NCBI GenBank assembly: GCA_041650755.1
Contig: JBAZKN010000005.1
Coordinates: forward strand, 580 to 64,579
Length of the DNA stretch: 64,000 nt
From: Patescibacteria group bacterium
Lineage (GTDB): Bacteria > Patescibacteriota > Patescibacteriia > UBA1558 > GWA2-36-10
Direction of reading: 5' to 3'
Part shown: piece after piece, positions 28,294 through 38,346 of the stretch
Numbering within the stretch: the stretch's first letter is position 1
Layout: the number at the start of each line of letters is the position of its first letter
Translations under genes and position numbers: made by a program
Notes under the pieces: model-generated
What the model saw: only the letters and a program-made list of their open reading frames with translations
Databases searched by the model: none
What the model was told of the DNA's origin: nothing

Positions 28294-29943
28294 GATTTTA
28301 TCCTCAATAAGAAAATCAATCTTGCTAACCTTACTCGGCTGATTTGGATCATTATAAGCTTTAAGTTTTATAGGAAGTGACCCATATAGGGTTATTTTTT
28401 TGTTTAGAAAAACTATCTTATCTATATAGTCCAGTAAAAACTCTCTTTTAGTATTAAAGTTGGTAGCTTGCTCAAATCTTGTTTTAGCTACTTCATAGAA
28501 TTGTTTGACGCTTGTTTCTATTACTTGCTTCTTGTGTAGTCTAGGCATTTTATTTATAAGCTGATTTTTTTGTGTTTTTAGATTATCTATTTCTTTTTCA
28601 CACAGGGAGCAATTTTTGGAATATAAGGTTCTAGTAATTTTGCTCTTGGCGTAATCATCTAGATATTGTTTTTTATCTTTGGTAATTTTTAATATACTAT
28701 TTTCAATATCGCTGATTTCATTTTCTACTTTTTCATGAGTTAAGCCATTTTTAGTTTTCATGTAGTCAGTACAAAGTAGTAATCTGTCAGGATCAAGTAG
28801 CGTGTCTTTAATCATTTTAAAAACACATTTTTCTATTTTTGGTGCTGATACCTCGGGATTTTTACACAAGTATTTATCCATTTTCTTAGAGTGCATCCTG
28901 TTTTTTACCTTTAGCCCACAGTGATAGGCAACTTTGTAAGTTATTTTAGAAGATCCATCTACTAGTTTATATTTATAATATCTCTGATAGGGTATATAGT
29001 TTCTACCGCAATTACCACATCGTATTAATCCAGATAGTAATTGTTCTTCTGATTTTTTCTTATAGACCTTTTTATTTTTGTCCAGTCTCTTTTGGACTTT
29101 ATCAAATAAGCCTTTGGAAATAATAGCTGGAACTTTGACGGCAATCCACTCTGATTTGTCTTTTTCTATTCTTTTGCCATATTTAATTTTATAAATAGAC
29201 TTCTCAGGTTTTTTCTCATATTTAGTTTTATTAAAATATTTTATGCCATAGTAGGTGGTATTGGTCAGTATGTGCCTTAATTTTTCGGTATCCCATAATT
29301 TTAAACCTAAATGAGTTTTAATACCTTTTTCTTCTAAATATACAATTAGTTGTTTCCAGCTTATTCCCTTAGCATATTGCTCATATATGTATTTAACTAT
29401 TTTAGCTTCATCCTTGTTGATTATCATTTTAGCCGGAGTTTTGTTTGTGCGTTTGATATAAGTATAGCCAAACATATTAGCACCACTGTTTAATACCTGA
29501 CCTTGTTTTAGTTTATGGATTTTACCTCTTAGGCTTCTTTCAATTATTTTGGCACGCTCCAGTTCAGAAACCGCACCCAGAACCGTTAAAGCAAATTTGT
29601 TCTCTGGATTATGGACATAATCCTTGCCGTTTATAATAATCTGCTTTTTGTATTTTAGAATCTCAGCAATGATAATTGTCTGGTAAGTTACTTCTCTGGC
29701 AATTCGGTCAGTATTTAAAAAATAAATCGTATCAAATAAATCGCTTTTTAAGTCATCTCTTAACTTATTCATTCCTGGTCTATCCAACTGTGCACCAGAG
29801 TATCCGTCGTCAATATACTCTTTGATTAAAACGTCATTATTTTCTTTTATTTGTTTTTTAAGCTCAGCGATTTGGCTCTCTATGGTTCTTTCTTTTTCCT
29901 GCAGAGCCGAACTAACTCGGGCGTATAGTACTGCTTTTTTCAT
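28288..29943 (-). CDS. Large serine recombinase
   Basis: YARVSS, DRIAR, recombinase domain, zinc ribbon CGNCG, coiled coil. Confidence 0.92.
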   Translation of the reverse strand: MKKAVLYARVSSALQEKERTIESQIAELKKQIKENNDVLIKEYIDDGYSGAQLDRPGMNKLRDDLKSDLFDTIYFLNTDRIAREVTYQTIIIAEILKYKKQIIINGKDYVHNPENKFALTVLGAVSELERAKIIERSLRGKIHKLKQGQVLNSGANMFGYTYIKRTNKTPAKMIINKDEAKIVKYIYEQYAKGISWKQLIVYLEEKGIKTHLGLKLWDTEKLRHILTNTTYYGIKYFNKTKYEKKPEKSIYKIKYGKRIEKDKSEWIAVKVPAIISKGLFDKVQKRLDKNKKVYKKKSEEQLLSGLIRCGNCGRNYIPYQRYYKYKLVDGSSKITYKVAYHCGLKVKNRMHSKKMDKYLCKNPEVSAPKIEKCVFKMIKDTLLDPDRLLLCTDYMKTKNGLTHEKVENEISDIENSILKITKDKKQYLDDYAKSKITRTLYSKNCSLCEKEIDNLKTQKNQLINKMPRLHKKQVIETSVKQFYEVAKTRFEQATNFNTKREFLLDYIDKIVFLNKKITLYGSLPIKLKAYNDPNQPSKVSKIDFLIEDKIL

Positions 29944-31621
29944 AGCTTAGTTTATTATATTCTTTATTAGTTATTTGCTTATTATCTAATAATCCATCTT
30001 TTTTATCTTGTCGTTGTAGTTTCTTAAGGGCTTGTAGTCTATTTATCTTATTGGTTATTACAAAAGCTAGTTTAGTATTTTTAATAGTCACAAAGCCGTA
30101 TAGTTTTATTTCATCAACACCTTTGTTATGGATATATTCTATTTTAGAGACGTATCTTTGTAAGAAATCTTTTGTTTTTAATTTAGAAAAATCAGCTTTA
30201 GCATGGTTGGAATAACTCAGCACACTATTTCCTATTTCTTGAGGATTATTAAAAACTGGCATCGATTGTGCCAGTTCTTTGTTTGTTTTTTCCAGTGATT
30301 GTATGTTTTTGTCATAACCATTAACTTTTTCTACATAGGTTTCTCTTTCCAGATCTCCTAAGGAGTATAGATCAACAATTCTTTGCTTTTGTTTTTGGAT
30401 AGATTTTATCTGGGTTTTGATTTGTTTGATTTCTTTTTCAACTTTAGCTTGGTTAACAGCATTGCTTTTGGAAAAATAATCCATACAGTTTTTTAGTTTA
30501 TCGGGATCAAAGACATATTTTTCAATCATCTTGAATATTTGCGGTTCTAATATTTTACTGTTAATTTCCCGGTTGTGGGCTTTATATAAACTACCGCCGC
30601 ATTTATATATTGTTCTTTGATAAATTTTTGTTTCTTTTTTCCTATATACTTTATAACACCTATGATAAGCAAAACATCTTTTATGACATACGCCGCAAAA
30701 AACTATATTGGATAAGGGCTGAGTGTTTTTAGCGTTGCGGTAGCACTCCAAATTATATTTAATTTTACTCTGCACTTTATCAAATAAATCTTTATCAATA
30801 ATTTGCGGAATCTTGATGCCAATCCAAGTTGACCTGTCTGTTGGCACTCGTCGTATAGTTTTACTTCTACCCTCAAGCCGATTTAAAGCATTGGTGTCAG
30901 TTGTAGTATTAAAATATCTTATACCAGTGTATGTTTCGTTATCTAACATTATTCTTATATGATACCAAGTCCATTTTCTACCTCGACGAGGTGGAATATT
31001 TTTTTCTTTTATCTTTTTAACTATTTCTCTGAAACTTATATTACCCTGGGCATAAAGTTTAAAAATATAGTTAACAACCTTAGCTTCTTTAGGATTGATT
31101 TCATATGAAGGAAAGGACTTATCACTTTTGGGAATATAATTGTAGCCATAAATGTTGCATCCGTGTGATAGTAGTTGCCCTTGCTTTAATCTATATTGCC
31201 TGCCTCGCATACTACGTTCTAGTATTTTAGTTTTTTCCAGCTCGGCTACAGCCCCAAGCACCGTTAAAGTAAACTTGTTCTCGGGGTTATGAATATAGTC
31301 CTCGCCGTTAATAATAATCTGTTTCTTATGCCGCAGAATTTCCCCGATGATGATATTTTGGTAAGTGACATCTCGGGCGATTCTGTCAGCGTTATGGAAA
31401 TAGATGCTATCAAATTTATTAGTTTTAATATCTTCCCGTAATTTATCCATCCCAGGTCTACTGAGCATAGCTCCGCTGTAGCCGTCATCTACATATTCTT
31501 TTACTAGAATATTGCCGACTTTTTTGATCTGCTTTTTGAGCTCGTCTACCTGACTTTCTATAGTTCTTTCCTTTTCTTGCAGGCTTGAGCTTACCCTAGC
31601 GTATAATACTGCTTTTTTCAT
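29912..31621 (-). CDS. Large serine recombinase (tandem paralog)
   Basis: YARVSS, DRIAR, CGVCH; N-terminus near-identical to the downstream paralog. Confidence 0.92.
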   Translation of the reverse strand: MKKAVLYARVSSSLQEKERTIESQVDELKKQIKKVGNILVKEYVDDGYSGAMLSRPGMDKLREDIKTNKFDSIYFHNADRIARDVTYQNIIIGEILRHKKQIIINGEDYIHNPENKFTLTVLGAVAELEKTKILERSMRGRQYRLKQGQLLSHGCNIYGYNYIPKSDKSFPSYEINPKEAKVVNYIFKLYAQGNISFREIVKKIKEKNIPPRRGRKWTWYHIRIMLDNETYTGIRYFNTTTDTNALNRLEGRSKTIRRVPTDRSTWIGIKIPQIIDKDLFDKVQSKIKYNLECYRNAKNTQPLSNIVFCGVCHKRCFAYHRCYKVYRKKETKIYQRTIYKCGGSLYKAHNREINSKILEPQIFKMIEKYVFDPDKLKNCMDYFSKSNAVNQAKVEKEIKQIKTQIKSIQKQKQRIVDLYSLGDLERETYVEKVNGYDKNIQSLEKTNKELAQSMPVFNNPQEIGNSVLSYSNHAKADFSKLKTKDFLQRYVSKIEYIHNKGVDEIKLYGFVTIKNTKLAFVITNKINRLQALKKLQRQDKKDGLLDNKQITNKEYNKLSYEKSSTIRPS

Positions 31622-31843
31622 AGTTTTTTGCTATACTTAGCTTATTACGAGGGGATGATACCGCAGGGGTGGATAAAGTCCAACTTATAATTGGTAAAGC
31701 CATATTAGACAATGAACGTCCAAGTCAGTCAAGTTTTGGAAAAACCGTAGTTCTTTTACAAATCTAAGAAAATGAGACAGTCCCAAAACCCTTTTATACT
31801 GTCTCATTTGTCTCATTTTGGTGGAGCGAGTGTCGTGCAAGCA

Positions 31844-32650
31844 ACCTTCACTGGACAGGAGTATGACGAAGAAAATGCACTTCAGTATTATGGGGCTAGG
31901 TATATGGATAATGAGACGGCGAGGTTTGCTAGTATTGACCCCATCATCATAAAAGTAGATTCTGTAAGTAAAGTTTTGAGCGATCCTCAGGCTTTAAATA
32001 GCTATGCCTATTCTAGGAATAACCCAATTATTCTGGTAGATAAGGATGGTAATTTTTATGTGCCATTTTTATCAAATTATATAAATAAAGTGGTTGGTGG
32101 TGCTATAGGTAGATGGATAGTAAATAATCCGAAACAATCAGCTGAAATTGGTTTAGGTTTTGTTCCAGTAGCCGGAGAAGCCAATGATTTAACAGAAACT
32201 ATTAGAGGCAGAGAAACTATCACTGGTAAAGAACTTAGCACCAATGAGAGACTGGTAACCGGTGGAGCAACATTGTTACCTTTTGTTGGAGGTAAGGTTG
32301 CTAGAGAGATGTTAAATAAGAGTGATGAGATTGTTACTTTATATCATGGGACGGGGCATTTTTTTACAGATATAGGTAATGAAGGATTTAAAAATGGAAA
32401 ACTTTGGTTAACTAATTCGTCGGCTTTAGCAGAACATTATTCTGATAATTGGTTGGGAGAAAATTTAGACAAAGGAGTTGTTAGGGTCATGTTGCCGAAA
32501 AGTATTTATGAAAGATTTATAAAAAACGGGAGTTTAATTATAGATAATAAAAATATTGATTCTGATAAATTTTGGAGTGGACTTAATATTAATGAATTAA
32601 AAACAACTTCAGAAGAGGTTATTAATACAATTAATAAATATATACAATAA
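31844..32650 (+). pseudogene. Orphan RHS cassette 2: truncated core, PT-TG and ADP-ribosyltransferase-like toxin
   Basis: TFTGQEYD..NNPIILVDKDG; PT-TG-like GFVPVAGEAND..ITGKELS; CT contains LYHGT..LWLT..AEHY. Confidence 0.72.
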
Positions 32651-32651
32651 T

Positions 32652-33092
32652 ATGGACAAAACAGTATTTAAAGATAGATTTCGACGGGCAATAAAAAAAA
32701 CTATTGAATTAGCACAGAAATATGTAAAAGAAAAAATTCCCAAAGATTTTATTATTGATTTGTCGAGGATAGATAGTAAGGATACACATAAGTCTAAGTA
32801 TGAAGGTCGTTATGAGGATTTAGAAAAGGTGATCGAAAAGTTATATCAAGATGGTAGTGTGCCCAGGTGGGTTGATTTAAATGTTAAGACTGTGGAAAAC
32901 GACCTGTCGATTATTAGGTGTGAATATAGTAATATTTTTTTTAATGATGAGAGTAATCTTTTACATGAGGATGAGGGAGTGCCACCATTTCATATATTAA
33001 GTCCACATATACCACCCAGTCATTTCGATTTTGATAAAAATAAAGTTAAAGAGGGTAAATTTAGTATTAAAGATATTCCAAAGGAAGATTAG
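32652..33092 (+). CDS. Putative immunity protein of cassette 2
   Basis: Follows the CT by 1 nt; LYQDGSVPRWVDL..PPFH. Confidence 0.7.
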   Translation: MDKTVFKDRFRRAIKKTIELAQKYVKEKIPKDFIIDLSRIDSKDTHKSKYEGRYEDLEKVIEKLYQDGSVPRWVDLNVKTVENDLSIIRCEYSNIFFNDESNLLHEDEGVPPFHILSPHIPPSHFDFDKNKVKEGKFSIKDIPKED

Positions 33093-33113
33093 TTTTATTT
33101 TGTTAGTAAATAA

Positions 33114-34640
33114 AAATCAGCTACCTATACCTACGATGACTTAAATAGGTTGCTTTCAGCTACAGTAAGCTATATTAATCATCCAGACAAAAACTACACC
33201 CAAACCTTTATTTACGACTCTATTGGTAATATGACCTCAAACTCTGATCTGGGTACAATGAACTATCTAAATAACAATCCTCATCAGCTCACCTCTGTAG
33301 GCTCAAGAAACTTTGTCTATGACAATGCCGGCAACCTTAATAGGGAAATAGGCCTAAGAAAGTACTACTGGGATCATAGAAATAGGCTAAAAAACACCTA
33401 TGATATAGCTTCAGAAAACAATACTTACTATCTCTATGACCATAATAACCAAAGATTCATCAAATGGACTGAAGACTATCTCTACTACCCTCCTGATCCA
33501 GAAGAGCCAACAGAAAGCATAGCAACCAGAGATCTACCTAGTATATCTGAAGAAAGTCTTAGCCAAGAAACCCTTGCTTTAGATGGCACGGGCTACTGGG
33601 CTTGGACTGTGGTTAGTCAAGACAAGTATGTTGATAAGTATTACGAGAAGAATCTCAATAATCAAACCAAGTCTCATGTCTTCCTAAATGGCATTAAAAT
33701 TGCTACAATTAATAATAATGATAATCCCTATTATATTATCAGTGATCATTTAAATTCTAGCAATTTGCTCACTACCCCTACTGGTACTATAGCTGAAGTG
33801 GAGGATTATAAGCCATACGGTACTACTAATTACCAGAATACTATTCAGGATTTATCTGATAATTATGGTTTCACCTCAAAAGAAAAAGATCCTGAAAGTA
33901 ATCTGCAATACTATGGGGCAAGGTATATGGATAATGAGATTGGGAGGTTTACCAGTATAGACCCATTATTGGTAAAGCTTCATAATCCCCAAGAAGTTAG
34001 CAGAATCACAGAGAAAGATTTAAGAATATTGTTAGCTGATCCTCAAAAGTTGAATAGTTATAGTTATGCCTATAACAATCCAATGATAATGAATGACCCA
34101 ACAGGCGAGGGTCCAGTTATAGTATTAATTGTAGTTGGTGTTGTTGAGTTAGTTTTCTCTGCTTGGGATGCCTTAGATACTAGTAATGCTTTATTTGGAG
34201 AAAATGTTAGTACAGGAGATAAAGTAGAATCTGGCGGGTATCTAGTAGCAGGGTTGGCACTTCCAGGTGGAGGTTATGGTCATGTTGATGAGGGTGTCTC
34301 TGCATTGAAAGCGGTCGATAAAACAGTTAGTAAATCTATTAATAATGCTGTAAATAAAATTGGTAATACTATATCTGATCATCTTACTAAGACCGATTAT
34401 GCAGGATTTATCAGAGATTTGAGTAAGGCGCCAGTTTGGAGTGATAATTTGAGAAGAAATTTTGACCATTATGATGAAGTGATGTCTGCATATAAAGGTT
34501 TGCAAAATAACGTGTCAAAGCTCACAAGATATTTAGATAATTATAATTTAGATAAAAAGACAGTTGATACTATAAATAAAGCCATTGATACAGCCAAAAG
34601 CCATATAGACAGAATAGATAATATATTAAGATCACATTAG
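33114..34640 (+). pseudogene. Orphan RHS cassette 3: long YD segment, core and Ntox28-like RNase
   Basis: DNA from 33114 matches the main gene from 15166; preceded by an in-frame TAA; CT contains DHLTKTDY..FDHYDEV..GLQN. Confidence 0.8.
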
Positions 34641-34641
34641 T

Positions 34642-35082
34642 ATGATAAATTTAGAAAAGTCATTAAATGAATTAGAAGGCCATATTAACTCTAGCGATCC
34701 TAATGATGCACTTGTTAAAAAAGTGGAAGAAATTAGGAAAAAGAGATTAAAGGATTTAACAGTAGAAGATTTAGCTTTGTTGTTAAGACAGAAAATTAGT
34801 TTGGAGTTTGTAGTGCCATTATGTTTAAACAAATTGGATAAGGACATACTAATTGAAATGGAACGTAGTGGACTTCGCCTGCTGCCAACCTTATTGAAAA
34901 TCGAAAAAGATTTTTGGTCTGTTAATCAAGATTTGTATAATCAAACGGCTGATTTAATGAATGGTAAAATGGATGAAATTATGAACCCAGAAATGGATAA
35001 TCCAGTGGAGCTAGATAGTTATATATCTGATCAGTTGCCAGAGATTTTGAAGTCATATCAAAATTTTAGAGATTTAGAATAA
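34642..35082 (+). CDS. CdiI-type immunity protein (CdiI_3-like)
   Basis: KSLNELEG..IRKKRLKDLTVEDLALLLRQKISLEFVVPL. Confidence 0.75.
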   Translation: MINLEKSLNELEGHINSSDPNDALVKKVEEIRKKRLKDLTVEDLALLLRQKISLEFVVPLCLNKLDKDILIEMERSGLRLLPTLLKIEKDFWSVNQDLYNQTADLMNGKMDEIMNPEMDNPVELDSYISDQLPEILKSYQNFRDLE

Positions 35083-35187
35083 TAAATATACCTTCACTGG
35101 ACAAATAATTTCCCAACAATAAGACAGCACAACTACCTATTATAAATCATCTATACTCCGAGCCTATAAAATTTTCATAATAATTTG

Positions 35188-35339
35188 CCCCTCGACTTCG
35201 CCCTCTCGACTTCGCTCGAGGACTCCGTTCGGGGCATTCTCCTCGTCTAATATATTATAATTGGTTGAAGCTCCTCATGATGAATGAGGAGCTGAAACCA
35301 TGAGCGAGGAGTCCCAAATAGGGACGACGAGTCGAATGG
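35188..35339 (-). repeat. ~150-bp palindromic mobile repeat, homolog of the element after tRNA-Lys
   Basis: Reverse complement aligns with 63113-63260 (ctcgtcgtc, ctcctcgctc, gagtcctcgagcgaagtcgagagggcg). Confidence 0.85.
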
Positions 35340-36623
35340 GATCATAGAAATAGGCTAAAAAACACCTATGATATAGCTTCAGAAGACAACACCTACTATC
35401 TCTATGACCATAATAATCAGAGGTTTATTAAATGGACTGAAGACTATCTCTATTATCCTCCTGATCCAGAAGAGCCAACAGAAAACATAGCAACCAGAGA
35501 TCTGCCCAGTATATCTGAAGAAAGCCTTAGCCAAGAACCCCTTGCTTTAGATGGTGCTGGCTACTGGGCTTGGACTGTGGTATCACAAGATAAGTATGTT
35601 GATAAATACTTTGAGAAGAATTTGAATAACCAGACTAAAACCCACCTATACCTCGATAATATTAAATTAGCTACTATAAATAATAATGGTAATCCAAACT
35701 ACATACTATCTGACCATCTAAGCTCTTCAGATATTATTATAGACAGCTCTGGATCTATTATGGAGTCAACTGATTACAAACCTTTTGGCAGTATACAAGC
35801 TGAATATACTGTTACAGACCCTATTTCAGACTACAAGTTTTCAGGGAAAGAGGTCGATGAAGAGAGTGCTTTACAATATTTTGGGGCAAGGTATAATGAT
35901 AATCAGTTGGGGAGGTTTGTAAGTATCGATCCAGCTACACTATCTATAAGTGATGAAAAAGAGTTTAAAGACAAGTATAATCGTAGTGTAGAGTCCCATT
36001 TATCTGATCCACAAAACTTGAATTCTTATTCTTACGTTGCTAATAATCCTTTAAAGAATACAGATCCAGATGGGGAAATAGTAGAGACCGTAGTAGACGT
36101 GGGTTTTGTTACTTATGATACTGGAAATACTTTATATAAAGGAGGCCAGTTTGTGGGTTCATTATTTTCTGGTGACTTTCAAAAAGTATCAGGTGCTTCA
36201 AATGCTTTTTTGGGGTCATTTGTTGATTTGAGTGTTGATGCTGGAGCTACGTTAATACCATTTGTGCCGGCTGGGTTAACTAGGGTTGATGATGCTGCTA
36301 AACTTGTTAATAAAGCCAAAGATTTTGATGCATTGGCCCAGCAGAGTAAAATGTTGAAAGGAATAGAGAACAGCAAGGCCATCAACACAATTAAAGCCGT
36401 ATTTAAGCCAAGTGACACAATCCCTGGCGGTACAATAGGTGCATTAAGGAATGAAATAATGACCGGTAATAAGACGAAAGACATATTTCACACTGAAAAG
36501 GCCAAAAATGTTATCAGTAATATAAGAAATGTTTTTAAGAGCGAAAATTTAAACAAAGTAGAATCAAGCCGTCTAAACAGTATTAGTAATAGCCTTCAAT
36601 CATTAATTAAACACATTAAATAA
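35337..36623 (+). pseudogene. Orphan RHS cassette 4: core nearly identical to the main gene, different putative nuclease CT
   Basis: Open in frame from WDHRNRL (main gene 15421); NNPLKNTDPDG; CT contains GGTIGALRNE..FHTEKA. Confidence 0.8.
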
Positions 36624-36633
36624 CAAATATTTT

Positions 36634-36951
36634 ATGAAATTATTTACGGTAACCACTACATTTTCGGACTTTACTTTTGCAGTAGAGCAATACGAAGTTA
36701 ATTCGCCAGAAGAAGCGGTTGAAAAGCATTTTAAAGAAGCGGGATGTTTTAGTGATTACAATAGAGATGAAATAGTAGCAATTATAATGAAAAGACTGGA
36801 GGAAAAAAACGCCCTTGTACACGCAAAAGGCCCAAGAGGTGTATGGCAGATTAATACAGGGGCAGAATTTTTAGATTTTGAGGGAGATCTTGAATCAATA
36901 TACGGTGGCTTAGTTATACAAACAGATCCACACGGGCCTAGATGGTCTTAA
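36634..36951 (+). CDS. Putative immunity protein of cassette 4
   Basis: Small ORF directly after the CT. Confidence 0.65.
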   Translation: MKLFTVTTTFSDFTFAVEQYEVNSPEEAVEKHFKEAGCFSDYNRDEIVAIIMKRLEEKNALVHAKGPRGVWQINTGAEFLDFEGDLESIYGGLVIQTDPHGPRWS

Positions 36952-36991
36952 ATAGTGAAAAGCCGATAATATGGAAATAGAAAATTAATTT

Positions 36992-37417
36992 ATGAAATTA
37001 ACTTATGAAAATGTATTTGCAGAGTTAAAGACTTCTATTCCAGAGCTTTATAAACATCCAGATTATGATGAAATATCCCCTGATTATAGTGGTAATCTAC
37101 CATATGTTGTGTTTAGCTATCTACAAATGTTTTATAAGGAATCTTTTAATAATGGAGATATTGAAACTGTTAAAAAAATTGCCGACTTCCTTGAAAGGGT
37201 TAGCTCGGTCGAAGATAATGATCTAAGGAGTTTATTAATGTTTGGTTTTATGGAAGTGCTATATGGTAACTATGATGATTTTGATAAAGATATGTTGGAT
37301 TATTTTGGAGAGAAAACCAAACAGGTTTTAATTGACACAGTGGAGCATAATTCTAAAATAGGCATGGAGGATAGGAATAAAGTATATAAGCTATTTGGTG
37401 ATAAACTAAAGAAATAG
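36992..37417 (+). CDS. Putative orphan immunity protein
   Basis: Acidic, helical (LPYVVF..KKIADFLE..FMEVL); second small ORF before the terminator. Confidence 0.55.
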   Translation: MKLTYENVFAELKTSIPELYKHPDYDEISPDYSGNLPYVVFSYLQMFYKESFNNGDIETVKKIADFLERVSSVEDNDLRSLLMFGFMEVLYGNYDDFDKDMLDYFGEKTKQVLIDTVEHNSKIGMEDRNKVYKLFGDKLKK

Positions 37418-37419
37418 TT

Positions 37420-37446
37420 AAAGAGCCGTCTACATAGCGGCTTTTT
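37420..37446 (+). terminator. Intrinsic terminator ending the RHS array
   Basis: aagagccg-tctacatag-cggcttttt. Confidence 0.65.
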
Positions 37447-37611
37447 GATAAACAATCTCCGAGCCTATAAAATTTTCATAATAATTTGCTAATGAGGTTG
37501 AGCGTTTTGCTTCAGCAAAATATTTAAGAAGAGAATAGTCCTAGCTTTAGAAAAATCAGTATACTCGACCATTTTTTTGCGAAATTTGGATTATTTTGTT
37601 AGTATTAAACC

Positions 37612-38346
37612 ATGAGTAACTACAATTTTTGGAATCGTTGGCAACATAAAACCAGAATAGAAAAAATAGCCATCCAACAAGTCATCAAAACCAGAAGGCT
37701 TGTGAGGAAGGCTGTGCCAGCCAAGGGGCTGGTAGCTATTTATATTAAGGGCAGTTTTGTCAGGCGGGAGATGACCCCGGTCAGTGATGTTGACATGGTG
37801 CCAATAGTTACAGCCAATAGTTATGAAGGACAAGTTTTTGAGCTGAATGATAAAGATATTAGTCCGGTAATGATAATACCCCTGTCCTTGTGGGAGCTCA
37901 AACATAATCGTTTATTTTCCCAAACAGATATAACGCCTGACACTAGGGCTCTACCCGATATTTTTTTAAAGAAATTAGATCAATATAAATTAATCTACGG
38001 TCGGCCGCTTGATCCAAATAAATTTCCTATTAGATCCGATAAAGTTTTGTTGCGGTCAGCTATCCAGAAAATAAAAAAAGCATATATTCCGGCCTATCTT
38101 TCTGGTAAGATTGGCTTGGCTACTTTAGCCAAAGAGTTTTTTTGGCTTGTGGAGCTAGAACAAAATATTCAAGGCCAGAAAGTACAGCATTCCTTTAGTG
38201 GTATCATGAAGGCTGTATCAGACAAAGAACACCTTGTCCACAAAGCTTATTATCTAAAAAATAGTTCTCGCTTAAGTAAACTGGTAAAGCAAAAATTTAT
38301 ATATCAGTTAAAAAAATATTTACAAAACTTAGAGAAATCGTCATAA
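37612..38346 (+). CDS. Pol-beta superfamily nucleotidyltransferase
   Basis: IYIKGSFVRREMTPVSDVDM (GS..DxD). Confidence 0.7.
   Translation: MSNYNFWNRWQHKTRIEKIAIQQVIKTRRLVRKAVPAKGLVAIYIKGSFVRREMTPVSDVDMVPIVTANSYEGQVFELNDKDISPVMIIPLSLWELKHNRLFSQTDITPDTRALPDIFLKKLDQYKLIYGRPLDPNKFPIRSDKVLLRSAIQKIKKAYIPAYLSGKIGLATLAKEFFWLVELEQNIQGQKVQHSFSGIMKAVSDKEHLVHKAYYLKNSSRLSKLVKQKFIYQLKKYLQNLEKSS

Larger units (their letters stand above)
18744..31843. mobile_element. Phage-like integrative island (2 serine recombinases, terminase, ParB-methylase, LexA, defence cargo) inside the RHS cassette array; boundaries approximate
   Basis: Gene content; RHS core homology resumes abruptly at 31844 (TFTGQEYD). Confidence 0.75.
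35156..37489 (+). repeat. 33-bp direct repeat pair (35156-35188 and 37457-37489) bracketing cassette 4
   Basis: ctccgagcctataaaattttcataataatttgc is identical at both sites. Confidence 0.9.

Noticed and set aside
19588-31621. Complete prophage
   Set aside because: No portal, capsid, tail or lysis genes are recognisable.
31772-31843. Listed ATG start of the 292-aa ORF
   Set aside because: The first 24 codons come from island-end inverted-repeat DNA; RHS homology starts only at 31844.
31817-31846. tggtggag as a reverse-strand tRNA 3' end or att site
   Set aside because: No T-loop consensus and no matching copy found at the left island end.
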